From positions 35,402,001 through 35,466,000 of the forward strand of contig OZ024745.1 in the NCBI GenBank assembly GCA_964016885.1: DNA of 64,000 bases, written 5' to 3'. This DNA is from Eledone cirrhosa. Its lineage: Eukaryota. A program made the translations under genes and the position numbers. The notes beneath the pieces are model-generated. The model was not told the origin of the DNA. It worked only from the letters and a program-made list of their open reading frames with translations, and did no database searches. Positions 51,741 through 64,000 of the stretch are shown here, in pieces (positions within the stretch are counted from its first letter, which is position 1; each line of letters starts with the position of its first letter).

Positions 51741-54700
51741 TGCGTCCACACTGAAATACGTACATACGCACATACACACAGAACGTATAAAGAGAAATAC
51801 TTAATGAAATTGAAGGATTATCTGAAATGCTAGCTGTGAAACGTCACCATGTATATATGGACTCGTAACTCATGGTTTAGTCGTAGAGACGCTATAGTGA
51901 AGTACGTGTCTTGGGCATCTTAAACTTGGTGGAAAGGTCCCCCCTCCAGGTCTCAAAATAGACAATTTCTTCCACAAAAGGTGGCAGCATGATATAGAGG
52001 AAATGAGAGAATGAGAAATGTATAGTGAGGCTAAGCCTACTTTAGTACTGGATGATACATATTTTATCAATCTTGAAAGGATGGCCCCAGTAAGATTTGA
52101 ACTCACAGCGCAGAGCCGTAGCGAATACCTCAAAGCATTATATTCGACTTTCTATCGACTGTACCGATTCGCCGCCTAGAACTGAAACATAGGTGAATCG
52201 AAATCAGAGAATGCTTTGTTGTATAAAAGTAGGAGACAAATAAGTTCGCTGCGAGTTGTATTAAGTCAGATGGAGGCCAGCAAAATGGAATTTGTAGGAA
52301 GATAGATTAGAGATCAATCAAAAGTAACATGTAGATAGGTAACACGCAAAATGTAAATAATAGGTGGGGATCAGTAAATTGTAAGGTAGAATTGTCGCCA
52401 GTAGAAATATATGTTCAATAAAATGAACTGTAAACTGTTGAAGGACATGGAGTGATCAGCGAACGAATTGTAAGGTGAAGAATGATCGGTATAATCTCTA
52501 TTAAAAGCTGTACGAAGAAAGCAAGTCTACTTTATAAAAGAGTTAGAAACAAAATAATCAATAGCCTATGCTAAAAGCAAATAAAAGATAATTTATAGCT
52601 AATGATTAAATGAGATAGTTGTCGAATGCATCACATTTCTTTTTATATGAATATTAATTTTTATATGGAATGGAGTGGGTAGTGCCTTTGTTCTTTCCAA
52701 CTATTATCCTGCTGCTGGAATAAATGTGGCTCATGCCCAGCCTAAACACATGAACATTAATATGCCTGGCTGTAAGATAGGGATTTCATCTGAATGATTG
52801 TAACAGCGTGAACTGCGTTAGAAATGATCAGACTAGGTTATTATTTTTTTTAACCCAAATCTTTTAAGCCAAGACAGTCAAGTATTTTTGTTCAGACATG
52901 GTATATCCGAGACTATTTTAACGAAAGTAAGACGATGAATTGTCATTGTCATTAGGAATTAAATTAAAAAGTTTTACGATATTCATTCTAGCTCAATGAT
53001 CAAATACCCCCGAGGTCAAAGTTTCTTTAAAACCATTAGTTGAAGATAAATAAAATAACAGTCTATCACATGCTGTCTGTCACGATGCTGCTCGTACGAT
53101 TCTTTCAACAGATAAGTGAGCACGGATGGATAGATCGTAAGTATCTATTTGCCTCAAGATGACACAGTGTGATTTGAAGATTTCCATAATATTTCCAGCA
53201 GGTAGAATGAAGGTATAGAGACCTCGTAACCCAGGCGGCATTTTATGACTATCAACTTAATGTAAACTTGAATATACAATAGAAGACGTCGAATTGTAAG
53301 TACGACGGAGAGAATGCTTTACAGCATTCGTTCCGCCTTTCCTCGCTCTGATTTCAATTCCTGCCGAAGACAACTCTACGTTTCGAGATCGATAAATAAA
53401 GTGTTAGATCACTTCTGGAGACGATGCGATTTCTATATATCTTTCTCACTTTCTCTCTCTTGCACTCTTTAACTTTTTCTCTGCAAGTAATCGTCTTATT
53501 CTGACCCGAGCGAGATTGGCAGGGATTAAACGCTTATGACACGCTGTATTTTACGACTGTGCCCGTACAACGCCCCCGGCAGGTAAGTGCCCTTAGATGG
53601 CTAGATGGATGGATACAATAGACATTCCGTATTATGTGTTATTTAATTGATTGAAGCACAAAGAAAATATGAAAGTCTAAGTCATCTTGTTTGAACGTTC
53701 GCTATTTCTTCTTAGTATTTCACGGAGATTTAACATCTCTATTGATATATATTTAGATTTTTAATGTTTAATCAATATGAAAATTAATTTTATCTTTACC
53801 TTTAATACACATACGCATATATATACAAAAACACACGTATACAAACATACACAGAAACAAACACAATTATAATGCCTAAACAAACACTCAGATGCTTACA
53901 CACATACACATATAAACACACGTACATACACAATTCACATATACACACAAAAGTAATTGATTTGGAAAAACAAAACTATATACCCCTTCCACACCAACAC
54001 TGCTATCACTATCATCACCATCAACACCACAATCACCAAATAAACATCTGCTGAATCATGACACCACCACCACCACCACCACCACCACTCCTCCCCACCA
54101 CAACCAACACCACCATCACCACCTTCACTAACACCACCATCTCTGTCACCACCACTAAAACCATAACTGCCACCGCCGGTGCCTTCATTGTAGCGTCCAT
54201 AAACGTAGTGTTTAAATAGATGATTATAATGTGTTAAGAGCTAATTAAATTATTGTGAACTAATGACAGAAATCAATGCGCACATTATAAGAAAAAACAA
54301 CAAAAAACAAACAAAAACAATATCTAAAATAACAAACAAACATTGTTTAATTAGAAATGGTGTGATGAAGGGAAGAAAGTGAGAGCGACAGTGTCAGACT
54401 GAATACTCAAGAAATGATGTTTGTGATATGAGGACTGTCGAAAAGGTATCCGACTTTAGTCATTTTTTTTTTTTTTTACCTGTGGGAAGTAATGACATTA
54501 GGGAACTAAACATTGTGCAGCGTATAGCCACATGAATTGATGATCATGCATAGATTGATGATCATCTTTCTGGGTGGGTAGGCGAATTCGCTGGGTGTTG
54601 TAATACGTACTCGTCATATTTTTTGCCCGATACTGCCAACATAATCCTGGGATTCTGAATAACCTAATAACTAAAGACATGGGTCACGACTCAGATACCA

Positions 54701-55424
54701 AAATTCATTCATCACATTGAAAGTAACAAAAGACGGCAACACTCGAACCCTATTATCCATGTCTGTAATTTTTCCAGCCTAAGGTCGGATATTTTCGTCG
54801 GCAGACCACACAATACAAAAGACGTCATAAGAATTGCCTAGAAAACAATAGCTATAAAGATGGAAGATATTACACTAAATCAAAGATGGAAGATCTTACA
54901 CCAAGCAATTATAGTACATTTTTAGTATCTTCTTTAGATTCTTAATATACATTGCTATTGATGATCAATTCCATTTCATTGTTGTCCGGTTTAATATTAA
55001 AGCCACACATTCATTTTGTTATTTCAAAAGAATGAATCCGCACTGATCTCATAGAAGTAATTTCTTTTCGAAATATATTCTGTACTCTATCTCCTCGATG
55101 TTTCGAGTACCTTTTTAACAATGGAGCCTCTGTTCTTGAACGGAAAACACAAATACGCGAGATACACATATGTATGTGTACACACAGACACACACACATA
55201 CACATTATATATAACCTGTTTAGCTTGCTCTTCTTTTCGGCTGCCTGTTTTGTTACTTCACAGCCATTTTTATAATGTGTCTGGCTCTTATAACGTATGT
55301 TAATTGCTCTGGCTTCTTCCTAGTTCATTGAGCGCCTGCTGGCATATCTCGAAAATTGCGTTTCGTTGTCTTGGCCGCCGAAATACGATCTCGCTGACAT
55401 TATATTTGTATAATGCTTTCCAGC

Positions 55425-55561
55425 ATAGTTACGTCCCTTTACGATCTGAGTTCAAATCTCGCCGAGGTTGACTTTGCCTTTCATCCTTACGGGGTCGATA
55501 AAATAAAGTACCAGTAATGCACTGGGTAATTGCTGGCCTTGTGCCTAAAATAGAAACAATT
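55425..55561 (+). mobile_element. 5'-truncated SINE
   Basis: Near-identical to 44041-44176, with a similar truncation point. Confidence 0.88.
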
Positions 55562-55566
55562 ATATT

Positions 55567-55615
<49 letters not shown>

Positions 55616-56925
55616 GGTCTTGGATGCTTAAAGCGTCCGTATGCGGTAGGCCGTATGAGCATTCGATGCCTTCATAGAGCAGAGTATGATATCACAGAAC
55701 AAAGAGAATCAGTGTTGCGACGAATCAGTGAGGCTTCGTATAATCGAGACGTATCCGAGGACAACGCGATTTCAGAGTCAGGTTTGATCACCACATCGAT
55801 CATCGATCATCGATCATACCTCGATCATACCTCAGAATGCATCAAATAAATATAAAGGGCAGTTCTTTGTACTCAAAACACATCACATATATGAGGCCCT
55901 AAAATTATTAAGGAACCAACCTATATCCAAGGTTCAGCCTCTGAATATGTGATCTGATAGAAACATTGAATGTTGTAGTCTTTTATTACTGTACAAAATA
56001 TATAATATAACTATTTATTTGTTCATATTCTATTCCAAAATCCCTTACCAATCTGGTAATAATAATCGAAGTCCTATTATAAATATTCCAGTATTCTCAA
56101 TATTTAATTTCAACTAATTATTTAAATCATTTTGTTTCTTTTATGATTTTATGTTTTGTTAAGATATTCTTTTCTTCTCGTCAGTTTTAAAACGTTAAAA
56201 TGCCTAATTGCCACTTCAACATTCACTAATGATTCAAACGTTAGAGATCTTGTAGAAATTTGGAGACATCTTTAACAGAACCACCATAAAACTTAGTAAA
56301 CCGTTCATTTAATGCTAATAATATGTTATTAAACGGAGCTCTCATTTATGAGAGTTCTTCTCTGTTCTGCAATTTTAGTAAAAATCAATTTAAAATATTG
56401 TGAAAAAAATAAAGCAAAAAAAAACAAGACAAAACAAAACAAAAAAATGACGATAATAAAAATTAAATTTTAATATTAATTTTTAATTTCCATCTGAAGA
56501 TACAATCTCAGTCTGATGACGTAAAGCAATGTGCTTTCCTCAATATAATTCAAGCAGATAGCTAAGCAACACCAAGAACAGTAGATTTAAAAACAATTTA
56601 AAAACAATTTAAAAACAATATGAAGCCGTACCAGGAACCCGTTTTATTTAAACGAATTTTCCCAGGGTCATCAGGTCTTAGAAAGGTCCAACTAATCAAT
56701 TAGAAGCTTTTAGCAATAACATCCTATTCTCAGTTTCTCCTTCAATTTAAAGATGTGAATTTACGGTAAAGGAAGATAGTTAATTCTGCTTTGTTAATAA
56801 TATAGACTATATTTCGGGTTCAATGCCAAAGAGTTTTACGTAGAGATCAAAAGATTAATATAGTATACATACGCAACAAATGCACATTTCTGAACGTCTT
56901 ACCATGAATATATATATATATATAT

Positions 56926-57243
56926 ATGAAAAGAGTCAGGACCCCGACAGCTGAGCTCCGGCCGTTTCGGACCCTAGCTGTCGAAACGGCTGGAGCTCAG
57001 CTGTCGGGGTCCTGACTCTTTTCATATTACCAACTCTACAACCCTAAGTATTGGGCAATCTGGTGCGTTATGGTCCACCATACACTATTTGGTGTATATA
57101 TATATAAATAAGAAAAGGTGTGGTAAAATACCAGGTGGGCCATAATCCATCGGAGTACTAAACACTTGGGGTAGTAGAGTGGGTAATATGAACAGATTCA
57201 AGATCCCTACGGCTGAGGTCCGGCCATTTCGACAACTGGATTC
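56926..57243. repeat. Two family D elements (fold-back 56926-57025 plus tail; inverted diverged copy 57110-57243)
   Basis: GAAACGGCT-ggagctc-AGCTGTC-GGGGTCC hammerhead 3' half. Confidence 0.75.
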
Positions 57244-57515
57244 ATATATATAGATATATCACGATAAATTAACGGAGGCATAGGCCCTCGCTATTCCCTG
57301 TAAATAATGTGCTCAAAAGAGAAGAAATCCTGAGTTCTTTAAAATACAATATGTTGAAAAGGTAACACACCAGAGAGATATATACAGTGCGCTATCAATA
57401 AAACAGGGGGAAAAACCACCAGTGTATGGAATCTATAACCTATGAAAGGCAGACTATAGACACGATAATTAAAAATATAAATTAAAGCGTAAATAAATAC
57501 CTCTATAACTATATA

Positions 57516-57595
57516 ACACACGTACAAATCCAAAGATATGTTTCACCAGTAATTTGTTGAAAGAAATGGGTTAGCCTCGGTTCCTCAGCGTGTGT
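57516..57595 (-). ncRNA. Type I hammerhead (family K)
   Basis: ACACACG-CTGAGGA-acc..ggt-GAAAC-atatctttggattt-GTA-CGTGTGT. Confidence 0.75.
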
Positions 57596-58137
57596 AAGGC
57601 TATACATTTCAGACAACACTAAGAGAATGTTAAAAGTGACTGTCCAGCTACACGTGGGAGAGAGAAGTCACAGCGTGTTTTAGTTATAGAGGTATTTATT
57701 TACGCTTTAATTTATATTTTTAATTATCGTGTCTATAGTCTGCCTTTCATTGGATATAGATTCCATACACTGGTGTTTTTTTTCCCCTGTTTTATTGATA
57801 GCGCACTGTATATCTCTCTCTGGTGTGTTACCTTTTCAACATATTGTATTTTAAAGAGCTCAGGATTTCTTCTCCTTTGAGCACATTATTTACAGGGAAT
57901 AGCGAGGGCCTATGCCTCCGTTATTTTATCGTGATATTTCGCTCCTAATAACAGTCTTTCCTATCTCTGTTTGGTTGAGCACACTTCTCTGAGCGGCTTT
58001 GGGCTGCCCTTCTAGAAGTTCGTCCCTCAGAGGCCACTGGTTCACTGCCCTTAAACACGCTGTGACTTCTCTCTCCCACGTGTAGCTGGACAGTCACTTT
58101 AAAAATTCTCTTAGTGTTGTCTGAAATGTATAGCCTT

Positions 58138-58231
58138 ACACACGCTGATGAACCGAGGCTAACCCATTTCTTTCAACAAATTACTGGTGAAACATATCTT
58201 TGGATTAGTATCTTTGGATTTGTACGTGTGT
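58138..58231 (+). ncRNA. Type I hammerhead (family K) with a 14 bp duplication in stem III
   Basis: ACACACG-CTGATGA-acc..ggt-GAAAC..GTA-CGTGTGT. Confidence 0.7.
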
Positions 58232-58391
58232 TATATAGTTATCGAGGTATTTATTTACGCTTTAATTTATATTTTTAATTATCGTGTCTATGGTCTGCCT
58301 TTCATAAGGTTATAGATTCCATACACTGGTGGTTTTTTCCGCTGTTTTATTGATAGCGCACTGTATATCTCTCTCTGGTGTGTTACCTCTT

Positions 58392-58469
<78 letters not shown>

Positions 58470-58725
58470 ATATATATACACCCCTCCCCAAAATGCGTGA
58501 AGCAGGCTGAAGTGTAGGTTAAAATTATATCTGCGTATATGCACAGTGGGTAACCGTCATTGCAATAGATCAATTTTAAATATATACACATGTAAATATG
58601 CCAGAAAAACGAATTTCGCTGTAAATTAAAGAAAATATTAAACACCAAGTGAAAAACACAAGGAAACAAATACCAGATGGTCTTATATATCCAATCCTTC
58701 ATAGTAGTATTCTGAATTTGATGTA

Positions 58726-58768
<43 letters not shown>

Positions 58769-58771
<3 letters not shown>

Positions 58772-59244
58772 GAGGTTATATATAATTTGTTGGGATACAA
58801 CAAGCAAAATATTTTTATAATTGATATAAAGCACTCAACAAATTGTTGGAGAAAATATACTATATATGAACAAATGGAAACTATATTTATAAAATCATAT
58901 TTATTTCATTATACATATTTCAAGGGCCACCAAGGCAAACTATGGTGCACTTTCATCAGATAAAATATAATATAGGTTAGTTTTATAAATAAATATTGAC
59001 ATACCCTGAAAAAATGAAACCATTTTGGTTGAAATCTCCTGGATAGAGGAGTTATTAGATTTATTGTTGGAGATTCAAACAAGAATGGTTTCATTTTTTC
59101 AGGGTATGTCAATATTTATTTATAAAACTAACCTATATTATATTTTATCTGATGAAAGCGCACCATAGTTTGCCTTGGTGGCCCTTGAAATATGTATAAT
59201 GAAATAAATATGGTTTTATAAATATAGTTTCCATTTGTTAATAT

Positions 59245-59247
<3 letters not shown>
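58769..59247. mobile_element. Family A fold-back pLTR pair with hammerheads at 58902-58967 (-) and 59141-59206 (+)
   Basis: Arms about 58869-59040 and 59069-59240; homologous to 2705-2990. Confidence 0.88.
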
Positions 59248-62658
<3,411 letters not shown>

Positions 62659-62659
62659 A

Positions 62660-63642
62660 TTGCTTTTAAATTAATCAATAAACATTTGGATAAACTACGG
62701 TGTGTTTTCTCTTCGAATGCTGTCCAGCAGCAGCAGCAACAACAACAGCAACAACAACAACAGCAACAACAACAACAGCTACAACAACAACAACAGCTAC
62801 AACAACAACATCAACAACAGCAACAACAACAACAACAACGACAACAACAGTGTGAACCACTCCTTGATTCATCAACAATGGCCGATCTACTAAATGAAAC
62901 TATTGACCCCCCAGTAGCCTCTGTCTCACAGCATGAAACGCCACATCCTTTCTCTGGCCCAGCAGTCCAATCATCACCACTGCCAACATCTCTGCCTACT
63001 ACTACTACTACTACTACAACATTTTTGTCTACTGCTATGTCAAGGAATTTACCTTCTAATACCAGAACAAGAACTCTCCCTCCCACAGTCCACAAAGGTC
63101 GTCAAATCCTACCCAAACAATCATCCACACCTCTCACAACACCCACACCCACATACCCACCCACTCGAAACCGCATCATTTGCCGCTACTCTCTACGCTA
63201 TAGAATATGTACGGATAGTGGCTGCAAATTCACCCATTTACCTAGGACAAAACGATCTATCCCCACAAACAGCCACCACCATAATACATACTCTAATTTA
63301 ACACCAACACAACCACCAATAACTCAAACAAGGAATCCACAAATCTGCCGTTTTTCCCTGCGAGACAGATTGTGTTTAGACCGGGATTGTCCCTTTACCC
63401 ATCTCCCGGGGACCCGTCGGATAAATGAAAATAAAATTAAAAATAAAAGCAAAAACAAAAACCATAACCTACATAAAAATAACCACTACCACAGTCACCA
63501 ACAGTCTTCTAAACAGGAAACTTCTTCCTCTTTTTTAGCCATAATGAATCTGGCAAAAGAACTGGAAAAAAACATTCGAGCTATCACCCAGCACCACCCT
63601 CCACTATCACCCCACTGCACAAACTCCCATTGCTGCCATTAA
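62660..63642 (+). CDS. LINE ORF1-like protein: poly-Q, P/T-rich region, two CCCH-type zinc fingers
   Basis: [21 protein letters not shown] and [21 protein letters not shown]; lies directly upstream of an APE domain. Start is uncertain (ATG at 62878). Confidence 0.65.
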
Positions 63643-64000
63643 CAAACAAACAAATTAACAACACACCAAAACAATTAAAACCATCCACTCTCGCCTCTAC
63701 ATTTTTGCTTAACGCCCAAGGCATCAGCCCTTCCACCAATACTCAAAAATGGAAGATCAAATTCCTGGAGGACTGGATTGATGTCCATCCAAACCACATC
63801 CCTTTCTTCGTCCTCACTGAAACCCATCTCAGTAACCTCCACTTGGAAGCCGAGGTGAAAGTGAAAAATTTCAAAGCCATCCGTGCTGATCGCGCTGGCA
63901 GAAGAAAGGGCGGAACTGCCATTTATGTCCATAATTCTTTCTCAACAGAGGCTATGAACATATTCACTAATGGATACTGTGAGGCAGTCACTGTATTCAG
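63513..64000 (+). CDS. LINE ORF2 N-terminus: AP-like endonuclease (runs off the window)
   Basis: Hand translation: [59 protein letters not shown]. Not in the ORF track. Confidence 0.85.

Larger units (their letters stand above)
57256..58396. mobile_element. Family K: inverted copy plus head-to-tail unit (period 555 bp) with hammerheads
   Basis: TAGTTAT.GAGGTATTTATTTACGC at 57681 and 58236; 57256-57680 is the reverse complement spanning the unit junction. Confidence 0.88.

Overview
AT-rich, repeat-saturated animal genomic DNA. Microsatellite density and SINE sequences resemble an octopod cephalopod (inference from recall, not verified). No host protein-coding gene can be supported; the long YI/YVCM/HT ORFs are microsatellite artefacts. 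Mobile elements present: two 5'-truncated Penelope-like retroelements (RT plus C-terminal GIY-YIG, Naiad-like); several R4/Dong-type RLE LINEs inside (TATG)n; RTE LINEs and non-autonomous derivatives; the 5' end of an APE LINE; a hAT-like transposase fragment; a Helitron-like element; MITEs; many tRNA-type SINEs. The main signal is about 10 unrelated short element families in (TA)n arrays, most carrying all or part of a type I hammerhead ribozyme motif (stem I-CUGANGA-stem II-GAAA-short palindromic stem III-UH-stem I). They occur as near-perfect 100-200 bp fold-back palindromes or as head-to-tail 310-555 bp units. Two families are visibly the pseudo-LTRs of the Penelope-like elements in this window. 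This points to a (TA)n-targeted Penelope/hammerhead (retrozyme-like) system. All structures were read by eye; coordinates may be off by a few bases.
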